Shown here: positions 1-8,199 of the stretch, one piece after another
Layout of the letters: each line of letters begins with the position of its first letter
Position numbering within the stretch: position 1 is the first letter of the stretch
DNA from: an uncultured Planctomycetaceae bacterium
GTDB lineage: Bacteria > Planctomycetota > Phycisphaerae > UBA1845 > UTPLA1
Reading direction: 5' to 3'
Assembly: GCA_964520125.1 (NCBI GenBank)
Contig: CAZFMS010000001.1
Span: 1 to 54,695, forward strand
DNA length: 54,695 nt
Notes under the pieces: model-generated
What the model was told of the DNA's origin: nothing
Database searches by the model: none
What the model saw: the letters and a program-made list of their open reading frames with translations, nothing else
Position numbers and translations under genes: made by a program

Positions 1-46
1 CGGAACACGAACACGCCTCTGATAGAGAGAATGACGAGGAGACCAC

Positions 47-418
47 ATGCTAGAGATGCTGACCATCATCGCCCAAGATGCTCCGCCGCCCGGGGGGGGA
101 GGGCAATCGGTTTCTCCCTGCGGCCAGCCCGGGTTCTTGCTCCCGTTCGCCATGATGGCGGCGGTGTTTTACTTCCTGCTCATCCGCCCCCAGAGCAAAG
201 AGAAGAAACGCCGCGCCGAGATGATCGCCGCCGTCAAGAAGAACGACCGCGTCGTCACCATCGGAGGCATCATGGGCACGGTGGTCTCCGTCAAGGACGA
301 CGACATCACCCTCAAGGTTGACGAGTCCAGCAACACCAAGATCACCTTCACCCGCTCCGCCATCCAGCGGGTGACCTCCGCCGAGGGAGCCGATTCTGCC
401 GCAGGCGACACCAAGTAG
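47..418 (+). CDS. yajC: Preprotein translocase subunit YajC
   Basis: 123-aa ORF with a single TM (FLLPFAMMAAVFYFLLIRPQ) followed by KKNDRVVTIGGIMGTVVSV..DITLKV, the YajC family core. Confidence 0.85.
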   Translation: MLEMLTIIAQDAPPPGGGGQSVSPCGQPGFLLPFAMMAAVFYFLLIRPQSKEKKRRAEMIAAVKKNDRVVTIGGIMGTVVSVKDDDITLKVDESSNTKITFTRSAIQRVTSAEGADSAAGDTK

Positions 419-516
419 GCCGCTCCCGGTTCATCCAGCCCCGCGGTCCGGCCATATCGCCGACTCGCCCGGTGGGCGCAGGCGACCGTGAGACTTCTGG
501 ACCGAATGCCCCAGCC

Positions 517-637
517 GCGAGAGCCAATAGCCGAGAGCGGGCCCTCTCGGTTTCAGGCTCGACGACTCCCCCACACCTCCCCGGCGAAAGACGCTCCGCC
601 GGAGAAACCCCTGAACAACCCTAAGCTCACCCTCACC
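517..637 (+). repeat. 121-nt conserved intergenic element, copy 1 (copy 2 at 41840..41960, same orientation)
   Basis: The two copies share the blocks GCGAGAGCCAATAG, GACACCTCCCCGGCG and AAGCTCA..CTCACC. The hairpin directly after AATAG is CCGAGAG/CTCTCGG here and CCGGCGGC/GCCGCCGG in copy 2. Confidence 0.6.
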
Positions 638-861
638 AGGGCATTACGAGGACAACCGATAGATTTTCTTGCGTAATCCCGTGTGGCGCGAGGAGGACAG
701 CGCGGGGCTCGGGATACAGGGGCACTGAGGTCTCCCGGCCCCAAGACCATTGCTAACCCCCTAGCCCTGCAGTGACCGATACTTACGTTCGCCGGCACCC
801 TCGGTCGGGCGGACCAACGTCTGTCCCCCGGCCTACCCATCGCCACCGACCATGACCGGCG

Positions 862-870
862 TGGTATAAT
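862..870 (+). promoter_or_regulatory. Extended -10-like motif TGgTATAAT upstream of the 941 ORF
   Basis: TGGTATAAT lies 71 nt upstream of the ATG at 941. GGAGGA at 931..936 gives a Shine-Dalgarno. No -35 was recognised. Confidence 0.35.
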
Positions 871-883
871 CATCGGGGAGGAA

Positions 884-929
884 CATCGGCGGCCCCACCG
901 CCGCGAAGAGCATCGGCGGCCCCACCGCC
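884..929 (+). repeat. 19-bp direct repeat CATCGGCGGCCCCACCGCC, two copies (884..902 and 911..929)
   Basis: Two exact copies 27 nt apart, lying between the -10-like motif and the Shine-Dalgarno of the 941 ORF. Confidence 0.7.
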
Positions 930-940
930 CGGAGGACACT

Positions 941-1408
941 ATGAGCCCGGCAGCAGAGCGACGAGCATACGGACCAGCGGTACTGCTAGCCCTGGTAGCG
1001 GCGGCGACGGTTCTCTTGACCGGCCACCCGGCGGTCGCCCAGGATGAGGGTGGAGGCCCGGTTAGCGGACGACAGACCTTGATCACCAGCGAGACTCAGT
1101 TTACTGCCGCCACCGGCGGGGTGATCGGATCCCGTCGGCCCGGACTCTGGATCCAGCAGGCCATCGCCCTTCACAACGGCCAACTCGATATCCCCGGCGA
1201 CGTGCCCGAGCACCTGCCCAGTTTCTTACGCTCCACCTTCGATTTGATCATCGAGGATATCTTGGTGTTCTTCAGCGACATTCTCAGCGGGCTCGACCTT
1301 CTAATCGGCTCCTTGGCCAACATCGGCGGAGCAACCGGACCGGCGGCCTTCGTTCCCATCTCCAACGCCGCCACCACCGGACAAGGAACCAGCGTCCCCA
1401 TCCAATAG
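941..1408 (+). CDS. Hypothetical secreted protein with a hydrophobic Gly-rich C-terminal part
   Basis: 155-aa ORF with a GGAGGA SD. It has a Sec-type signal (AVLLALVAAATVLLTGHPAVAQ/DE). The C-terminal region reads FDLIIEDILVFFSDILSGLDLLIGSLANIGG. No family recognised. Confidence 0.5.
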   Translation: MSPAAERRAYGPAVLLALVAAATVLLTGHPAVAQDEGGGPVSGRQTLITSETQFTAATGGVIGSRRPGLWIQQAIALHNGQLDIPGDVPEHLPSFLRSTFDLIIEDILVFFSDILSGLDLLIGSLANIGGATGPAAFVPISNAATTGQGTSVPIQ

Positions 1409-1434
1409 GTGCCTACCCGGAGCTGGGTAGCACC

Positions 1435-1520
1435 CTTGTAGCCCGGTCTTGTAGCCCAGTCTTGTGCTACGGTCTTGTGGCACCGGCGTCTCGCCGGTGA
1501 TAGTCGCAGTGCCGGCGCAG
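1435..1520. repeat. REP-like block: about four degenerate 13-bp units (CTTGTAGCCCGGT) plus hairpin CACCGGCG-TC-TCGCCGGTG
   Basis: The tandem units were read directly. The same hairpin core TGTGGCACCGGCGTCTCGCCGGTG recurs at 8059..8130. Confidence 0.6.
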
Positions 1521-1647
1521 CACCCCAAAGACCTGGCGACTCATTCTTGATCGAACGGAGCCCCGCCGTCATCGGGCAGGTCGGTGCTGACCGCAGCCCC
1601 CACTCCCGGTGAGCAAGCGGTCGACCATTCACCCCCAACCCGATCGA

Positions 1648-4020
1648 TCAACCGGCCGGGCTGCTTTCGCCAGGACACGAGAAGGATCGTTTCCCGCCCA
1701 CCGCCACCAGGATGAACCCGACGATGAAGACCAGCAAGAACATCCCCGTCCTGGTATCAAGCTGGATGGGAGGCAGATCCGCCTGGGCATCCGGCAGGCC
1801 GAAGAACTGCCACAAGCCATCAATCCGGGTCGCCGCCAGGGCCAGGCCGTTGTTGGCAATATGAACGAGTATCGCCGGGAAGATCGAACCGGCCCGCAGG
1901 CAGACGAAGGTCAGCAGCATTCCCATCAGACTCACAATGGGTATCTGCTCACCACCCATGTGGTGCAGCCCGAAGATCAGCCCCACGATCATCACCATGA
2001 GCACCGTGGAGAGCTTCTGCCGCAGACCGGACAGGAGAAACCCGCGGAACAGGAGTTCCTCGCAAACGCCCGGCAAGACCGCCAACACCAGGAGCATGCC
2101 GACCAGCGAGCCGCCCGTCATCCATTCCTCCTGCAGCCCGGGGAATTGACTGCCCGCCGAGGCCGCCGAGAAATAGGTGTACTGAATCTGTTGCAGCAGG
2201 CTGGTCATCGGCACCACCGAGATGGCCAGCAGGACCGCCCCGATCGACGGCCACGCCGCCGGCACGTGCAACGAAAACGTCCGCCGCAGGTCCAGCCTCA
2301 GATACCAGGAGAACAGCACCGCCGGCGCCGCTACGATGAACACCAGGGCCAAGGCGATCACGATGCGAAACCGGGCCGTGCTGGAATCCACCTCCAGCAG
2401 ATAGGATTGCCAGTAGAAATTCACCGGAAAGAGCACCGCCACGGTCAGCAGGGCAAAGGCCGCCGACGGGAAGACCCCCGGCTTGATGAACCGCCGCCGC
2501 AGCAAGGTCTTGTAGCTGCCCACGTCACTGAAGAGCACCGCTTCGTTGCCGTACAACTTGGCGGCCAGGGTCACTGCAGCCGCCGCGTAAAAACAGGTCG
2601 ACAGCAGGCAGAGGCTCATCGCGGGTACGTCGTAATGGCCCAGAAACAACTCCCGCATCAAGACGACCACGTTGGCCACCGGCATCACCAGCAGCACTCC
2701 TTCCAGTTTGACCGTGGGCATGTAGGAGACCACCATGGCCGGGACGATGGCCGCCATCATCACCGGCATCATGTAGTTCTGGGCCTCCTTGAAAGTCCGG
2801 GCGAAGCTGCACGCCGCCAGCATCACCCCGCTGAATAACACCGCGAAGGGAATCATGGCCAGCATCACGATCGGTGCCGCCTTGGTCAGGAAGCCCGGCT
2901 TCTGACCGGCCTGTTCCTCCAGACGGCGGCTGCGCTCCAGGTACTCCTGCTGGGCGGAGAATGTAGTGGCCCCGTCCAGGCGGTTGGCCCCCATCGCCCC
3001 GGGACCGGCGGACGGATGGTCGGCGACGCCTCGGGCGGCCCGATCGATCATCCCCTCCACCACCAGGGCTTCGGCCTGCCGGGTCCGCTGCATGGATGCA
3101 GCCAGTTGATCCAGCTTGGTGAAGTGCAACACCGCGGTCATCGAGGTCAGATTCAGAAACGTGCTGATCATCGCTATGGTCACGATCACGATGAACTTGC
3201 CGGCCACGATCTGCCCCACCGGCGCCGGCGAAACCGCCAAGGTCTCCAGGGTGCCCCGCTCGCGCTCCCCCGCGGTCAGGTCGATCGCCGGATACATCGC
3301 CCCGGTAACCGTCATGGTGACCAGCAGAAACGGAACCACCATGGCCAGGATCCGGGCGAATTGCTCATCCGAACTGGCCGTCGTCAAGGCGTTAAAAACC
3401 AGGGGACGCAAGGGCTCCTTGCCTCCGGCAAGCCTGGTGATCTGCTCGTTGAAGATCCGCGCGGATTCGTGGGTCAGTATCCGCTCCAGTTCATGGAAGA
3501 CGAACTCCGACCGCGGATCGGTATCGCAGTGGATCAACTGAACGACGTGGGTGCCGGCCTGGATGGGCTCCTCCACATCCGGAGGTGGGGCCACGATGAT
3601 CCCGGCGTGATAGGTCTGCTCCGCTACCAGGTCCCACAGAGAAGTGCTCGGCCCGACCACGTCGATGGTCACTTGCTCGCCGCGCAAGTAGGCAAACAGG
3701 CTGTCGCCGACATCTTCGACCGCTTTCCCCGCGGCCTGGGCGGCTTCTTCATAGGCGGTCAGGGCGGCGGCTCGGTCATTGTTCTCCCGCTCCAACACCG
3801 CCTGAAGCCACGAGCGGTGATTCTCGGTGGGCACACAGATGAAATAGTGCTCCGCCTGGCGACGGCTGGTCTCCGTCTTCAGGGCCTCGATCAAGACCAG
3901 AAACAGAGCCGGATAGAGCAAGATCGGCACCACCACCATGGCCAGCAGCGTCCGCCGATCGCGCAGGGTCTCGATCAACTCCTTGCAATATACGATCCAT
4001 ACCCGTCGGTACCGGCTCAC
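1648..4020 (-). CDS. ABC-2 (NatB-like) transporter permease fused to a CPBP/CAAX intramembrane protease domain
   Basis: 790 aa. The N-terminus MSRYRRVWIVYCKELIETLRDRRTL is typical of NatB-type permeases. The C-terminal part carries CPBP motifs CEELLFRGF and FGLHH. The GTG start overlaps the ATPase TGA (GTGA). Confidence 0.85.
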   Translation of the reverse strand: MSRYRRVWIVYCKELIETLRDRRTLLAMVVVPILLYPALFLVLIEALKTETSRRQAEHYFICVPTENHRSWLQAVLERENNDRAAALTAYEEAAQAAGKAVEDVGDSLFAYLRGEQVTIDVVGPSTSLWDLVAEQTYHAGIIVAPPPDVEEPIQAGTHVVQLIHCDTDPRSEFVFHELERILTHESARIFNEQITRLAGGKEPLRPLVFNALTTASSDEQFARILAMVVPFLLVTMTVTGAMYPAIDLTAGERERGTLETLAVSPAPVGQIVAGKFIVIVTIAMISTFLNLTSMTAVLHFTKLDQLAASMQRTRQAEALVVEGMIDRAARGVADHPSAGPGAMGANRLDGATTFSAQQEYLERSRRLEEQAGQKPGFLTKAAPIVMLAMIPFAVLFSGVMLAACSFARTFKEAQNYMMPVMMAAIVPAMVVSYMPTVKLEGVLLVMPVANVVVLMRELFLGHYDVPAMSLCLLSTCFYAAAAVTLAAKLYGNEAVLFSDVGSYKTLLRRRFIKPGVFPSAAFALLTVAVLFPVNFYWQSYLLEVDSSTARFRIVIALALVFIVAAPAVLFSWYLRLDLRRTFSLHVPAAWPSIGAVLLAISVVPMTSLLQQIQYTYFSAASAGSQFPGLQEEWMTGGSLVGMLLVLAVLPGVCEELLFRGFLLSGLRQKLSTVLMVMIVGLIFGLHHMGGEQIPIVSLMGMLLTFVCLRAGSIFPAILVHIANNGLALAATRIDGLWQFFGLPDAQADLPPIQLDTRTGMFLLVFIVGFILVAVGGKRSFSCPGESSPAG

Positions 4021-4877
4021 CTCGGGCCCCCTTGGGATTGCGGGTCATCGATTGCCGAACTCCCCTCCTCCGTGCCCCGGCGTGGACCGGGGCCATCCCC
4101 TGATCCCAAACCATCAATCCCCGTCTCGCATTTCAGCACGTGCTGCTCCAAGCCGCAAAGTTGGAGGAAAATCTCGCTCAGCCGCTCCCGACCCGTCTGG
4201 GCCCGAAGCGCCGCCAAATCGCCTTCCCCCATCAGCTTGCCCTGGTGTATCAGGCCGAAGCAGTCGCACAGCGCCTCCGCCTCGTCCAGATAGTGGGTCG
4301 AGAGAATGATCGCCTTGCCCCGGGCCCCCTCCGCCCGAATGAAGTCCAGAACCACCCGATTGGTCAACACGTCCAGCCCCAGGGTGGGTTCGTCCATTAC
4401 CAGAATCGGAGGATCACCCATCAGGGCCCGGGCGATGTTGGTCCTCTGCTTCTGCCCGGAGGAAAGCCCCCCGCAGCGAAGATCGGCAAAAGACGAGATG
4501 TCGAGCCAGTCAATCAGGACATCCATCCGCTGCTCGATCGCCGGCCGCTCCATCCCGATCAGTCCCCCGAAGTAGCGCAGCAGCTCCCGGGGGCTCAGCC
4601 GTTGGTACAAACCGGTGTTGGCCGTCAGGTATCCCAGCGAGCGACGGGAGGCCTCCCGCTCGGTCCGAACGTCGTGCCCCATCAGCCGGGCCCACCCGGA
4701 GGTCGGCGTCAGCAGCCCACTCAGCATCCTCAGCGTGGTGGTCTTCCCGGCGCCGTTGGGACCCAGCAGGCCGTAAATTCCACCGGGCCGGACGCAGAAC
4801 GATACCCCGTCTACGGCCCTCTTCTCTCCGCCTTCGGTAGTGGGAAAGACCTTGACCAGTTCGTGAACTTCAATCAT
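4017..4877 (-). CDS. ABC transporter ATP-binding protein
   Basis: Walker A GPNGAGKTT, signature LSSGQKQR, Walker B ILVMDEP. Start placed at MIEVHELVKVF (ATG 4877) inside the longer track ORF 4017..4997. Confidence 0.9.
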   Translation of the reverse strand: MIEVHELVKVFPTTEGGEKRAVDGVSFCVRPGGIYGLLGPNGAGKTTTLRMLSGLLTPTSGWARLMGHDVRTEREASRRSLGYLTANTGLYQRLSPRELLRYFGGLIGMERPAIEQRMDVLIDWLDISSFADLRCGGLSSGQKQRTNIARALMGDPPILVMDEPTLGLDVLTNRVVLDFIRAEGARGKAIILSTHYLDEAEALCDCFGLIHQGKLMGEGDLAALRAQTGRERLSEIFLQLCGLEQHVLKCETGIDGLGSGDGPGPRRGTEEGSSAIDDPQSQGGPR

Positions 4878-5013
4878 CCAGCGGGCTACTCTACGCATCT
4901 CTCCGCCGAACGCAACCAGGAGGGGCCTCGCCACAGGCCAACCCCCGAGTGTCCCCGACAATCGCCAACCCCGTATAATATGTGCCGCAAACGACAATCA
5001 GGCTGACGCGACC

Positions 5014-7293
5014 ATGTCCAAGGCAAACACCCGGCACCTGACTCCCTCCCTGATCGACCAGCCCCAAGTCCGCAACGCCACCGTCGTCACCGTCGCCATG
5101 CTGGCCCCGATCGACAAGTACTACAGCTACCGCGTCCCCGCGGAATTGGAAGGCGCCGCCGCGCCCGGCATGCGGGTCACCGTCCCCTTCGGCCGAAACG
5201 ACCGACCCACGCCGGCCTTCTGCCTGTCGGTCAGTCAGCAGCCCTGGGATTCGACCCTCAAGCCGATCCTGGCCGTCGTGGACCAAACACCCCTGCTGAA
5301 TGACAAGCTGCTGGAGTTGGGTCGATGGATCGCCCGCTACTACGCCGCCCCCCTGGGCCGGACCCTGGACATGATGGTCCCCGCGGCCGCCAAGTCCCAC
5401 GCGGGCTGGCGGAAGGTAGACTACGCGACCCTTTCCGCCGACGTCTCCACCGCCGACCAGAAGCTCCCCCCCAAGCAGGCCGCCGTGCTGGCCTTCTTGG
5501 CCGACGCCGACGGGGCTTGCCCGGTGGAGGCCTGCTGCCGGGCCGCCGCCTGCGGACCGGGGGTTATCAAGACCCTGCAGGCCAAAGGCCGCATTACCAT
5601 CGAGACCCGCCGCCTACCCGTCGCCCCCGAGCAGAGTCTCGTTGACCATCAGGAGCCCGTCTTCGAACTCAACGCCGACCAGCTCGCCGCCGTCAACCAC
5701 CTGTCCACCGCCGTCGACGCCCACCAGTTCTCCGTGCAGGTGCTCTTCGGCGTCACCGGCAGCGGCAAGACCGAATGCTACATCGCCGCCATGCGCCGGG
5801 CCCTCGCCGAAGGACGACAGGCCATCCTCCTGGTCCCCGAAATCGCCCTCACCACCCAGACCGTCCAACGCCTGCAGGCCCGCTTCGACCGCGTCGCCAA
5901 CATTCACAGCGGCCTGACCGGTGTCCAGCGCTCCCGAACCTGGGCCGCCGTCGCCTCCGGCGATATCCCCGTGGTCATCGGCACCCGCAGCGCCGTCTTC
6001 GCCCCCTGCCCCAACCTCGGCGTAATCGTCGTGGACGAAGAGGCCGAGCCCAGCTACAAGAACCTCGCCGCCCCCCGCTACCACACACGCGACATCGCCA
6101 TCAAGCGGGCCCACCTCGAGGGCATCCCGGCAGTCCTCGGCTCGGCCACCCCGTCGCTCGAGACCTGGAGAAACGTCCAGCGGCGCAAGAGCTACCACCT
6201 GCTCCGTCTGCCCCATCGCGTACGGGGCCTGGACATGCCCACCGTGCACCTGGTGGACATGCGCGCCGAGCACAAGGTCCGCCGCGGCATTCACCTGCTC
6301 TCTCGGGCCATGGAGCAGCACCTCGGGCAGACCCTGGACCGCGGCGAACAGGCCGTCCTGCTGCTCAACCGCCGGGGCTACGCCAACTTCCTACACTGCC
6401 CGCGCTGCCAGACCGCCGTCGTCTGCCCCCACTGCTCGGTGCAGATGGTCTTCCACGCCACCACCGAACTGGCCCACTGCCACTACTGCCGGGCCCGCCT
6501 CGCCGTGCCCAACCGCTGTCAGATGGCCGGCTGCGACGGCACCCTGGTGCGCTTCGGCGTCGGCACCCAGCGTGTCGAGGCCGAGATCCGCCGGAAGTTC
6601 CCCCAAGCCAGGCTCCGCCGGGTCGATTCCGACATCATGCAGCGGGCCGCCGACTACGCTGACGTGCTCGGGGCCTTCGAGCGCCGGGAATGCGACATTC
6701 TGGTCGGCACCCAGATGATCGCCAAGGGACTGGACTTCCCCTTCGTATCCTTCGTCGGCATCGTCAGTGCCGACACCGCCTTGGCCCTGGACGACTTCCG
6801 TTCCGAGGAACGCACCTTCCAGCTCGTCCTCCAGGTCGCCGGCCGCAGCGGTCGCGGTGACGTCGGCGGCCACGTCATCGTCCAGACCTTCGACGCCCGC
6901 AACCCCATCATCGGGCACGCTGTAGCCGGCGACTACGAGAACTTCGCCCGATTGGAACTCGCCCGGCGCCAAGCTGCCGGCCAGCCGCCCCATACTCGAC
7001 TGTTGAGGATAGTCCTGGCCGACCCCAAGATGAGCAAGCTGCAGGCCGCTGCCGAAGCCCTGTCAGAGAACATTCGCCAGACTCTCGCCCAAAAGGGCAT
7101 TCGGGCCAAGCTTTCCGACCCCCGGCCCGCCCCCATCCCCCGGCTGAAAGACATGTACCGCTACGACCTCCAACTGTTCTTCAGCAGCTCCACGGCCATG
7201 CTCGCGGCCGTCGATCTGTTCAAGTCCGAAGGCACCTTGAAGACCAAGGCCAAGAGCCTGATCGTTGACGTGGACCCCGTCTCCCTGCAGTAG
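5014..7293 (+). CDS. priA: Primosomal protein N' (replication restart helicase PriA)
   Basis: 759 aa with GVTGSGKTE, VVDEE, the Cys cluster CPRC..CPHC..CHYC, and a helicase C-terminal region. Confidence 0.9.
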   Translation: MSKANTRHLTPSLIDQPQVRNATVVTVAMLAPIDKYYSYRVPAELEGAAAPGMRVTVPFGRNDRPTPAFCLSVSQQPWDSTLKPILAVVDQTPLLNDKLLELGRWIARYYAAPLGRTLDMMVPAAAKSHAGWRKVDYATLSADVSTADQKLPPKQAAVLAFLADADGACPVEACCRAAACGPGVIKTLQAKGRITIETRRLPVAPEQSLVDHQEPVFELNADQLAAVNHLSTAVDAHQFSVQVLFGVTGSGKTECYIAAMRRALAEGRQAILLVPEIALTTQTVQRLQARFDRVANIHSGLTGVQRSRTWAAVASGDIPVVIGTRSAVFAPCPNLGVIVVDEEAEPSYKNLAAPRYHTRDIAIKRAHLEGIPAVLGSATPSLETWRNVQRRKSYHLLRLPHRVRGLDMPTVHLVDMRAEHKVRRGIHLLSRAMEQHLGQTLDRGEQAVLLLNRRGYANFLHCPRCQTAVVCPHCSVQMVFHATTELAHCHYCRARLAVPNRCQMAGCDGTLVRFGVGTQRVEAEIRRKFPQARLRRVDSDIMQRAADYADVLGAFERRECDILVGTQMIAKGLDFPFVSFVGIVSADTALALDDFRSEERTFQLVLQVAGRSGRGDVGGHVIVQTFDARNPIIGHAVAGDYENFARLELARRQAAGQPPHTRLLRIVLADPKMSKLQAAAEALSENIRQTLAQKGIRAKLSDPRPAPIPRLKDMYRYDLQLFFSSSTAMLAAVDLFKSEGTLKTKAKSLIVDVDPVSLQ

Positions 7294-7332
7294 ACCGCCG
7301 GCTGCTCATCGCTATATCGGCGAAGCACCCTA

Positions 7333-7833
7333 TCACAACATGTCCACGTAGGCTCTGTCAATCAGGTCGTCCGCCCCGATGCCCAACGACTCCATCAGCC
7401 CCCGAGCGATCCGGCCGCCCTCGCCCTGGTCCTGCCCCGCGGCGAGCACCACCTCCAGCTCGATGAACCGACCCAGCCCTTCGACCTCATCGAAATGTAT
7501 CCGCGTCTGCCCGCAATGCAGGACCGTCCTCGCTTTGCGCACCGTCCGAGTGGGGCCCATCTCCTCCGCCAACAACTCGCGCAACATGCCCGCCGCCTCG
7601 ACCGGCCAGATATGGTAGTCCGACACCTTCGGGTCATTCTGTTTGGCCCGCCGATAGAAGATCAGTTCCCCCGAGCCGTCCCCGAACTCCCGCATCTTGA
7701 GATATCCCCGCCCGCAGGTGAAGAACGTGTCCTCCTGCCGGAGTTCCTCCCGCGATGAGGCCAGCGCCCGGGCCCGCTCGATCTGCCCCTCCCAATCCCG
7801 CACCCGGGCCTTGATCTCGATGTTCTTGGCCAT
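7333..7833 (-). CDS. CYTH-domain protein (class IV adenylyl cyclase / triphosphatase family)
   Basis: MAKNIEIKARV start and about 166 aa, with the CyaB-like pattern (EIK..R, YLKMRE, IHFDEVEGLGRFIELEV). Start taken at the internal ATG 7833 of track ORF 7333..7896. Confidence 0.75.
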   Translation of the reverse strand: MAKNIEIKARVRDWEGQIERARALASSREELRQEDTFFTCGRGYLKMREFGDGSGELIFYRRAKQNDPKVSDYHIWPVEAAGMLRELLAEEMGPTRTVRKARTVLHCGQTRIHFDEVEGLGRFIELEVVLAAGQDQGEGGRIARGLMESLGIGADDLIDRAYVDML

Positions 7834-7888
7834 CCCGCTCCTTCCCTCTCCGACGGCGTGCCGACCACGCAGCCCCGACACGCGACCA

Positions 7889-8029
7889 TCACACATTACA
7901 CCCGAAGAGCGAGCCGATTGAACCGAGGATATCCGGCGCCGTTATCCCCAGCAGGCTCCAGAACCCGAACAACACATCGATGATGAATTGCATGATGCCA
8001 AACGACAGACTGATAACATCGCAGAACAT
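7889..8029 (-). CDS. Candidate 46-aa hydrophobic peptide (below the track length cut-off)
   Basis: My own translation is MFCDVISLSFGIMQFIIDVLFGFWSLLGITAPDILGSIGSLFGCNV. GGAG lies 9 nt upstream of the ATG. The DNA is locally AT-richer, as expected for Phe/Ile codons. Confidence 0.4.
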   Translation of the reverse strand: MFCDVISLSFGIMQFIIDVLFGFWSLLGITAPDILGSIGSLFGCNV

Positions 8030-8058
8030 GCCGGGTATCTCCAGGCCGCCTCACGGAC

Positions 8059-8147
8059 CTGTGGCACCGGCGTCTCGCCGGTGTAGTCGCAGATCTGTGG
8101 CTCCGCCGTCTCGCCGGTGGGGTCCCAGGCTCCGGCGCCGTGCCACA
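8059..8147. repeat. REP-like tandem: two 36-nt units, each with a CACCGGCG/CGCCGGTG-type hairpin
   Basis: The units are CTGTGGCACCGGCGTCTCGCCGGTGTAGTCGCAGAT and CTGTGGCTCCGCCGTCTCGCCGGTGGGGTCCCAGGC. They are related to 1474..1510. Confidence 0.6.
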
Positions 8148-8199
8148 GATTGGTTGCGGCCAGTGGCCGCGCTCTGCCACCCCCCAATCGCCAACTGCC

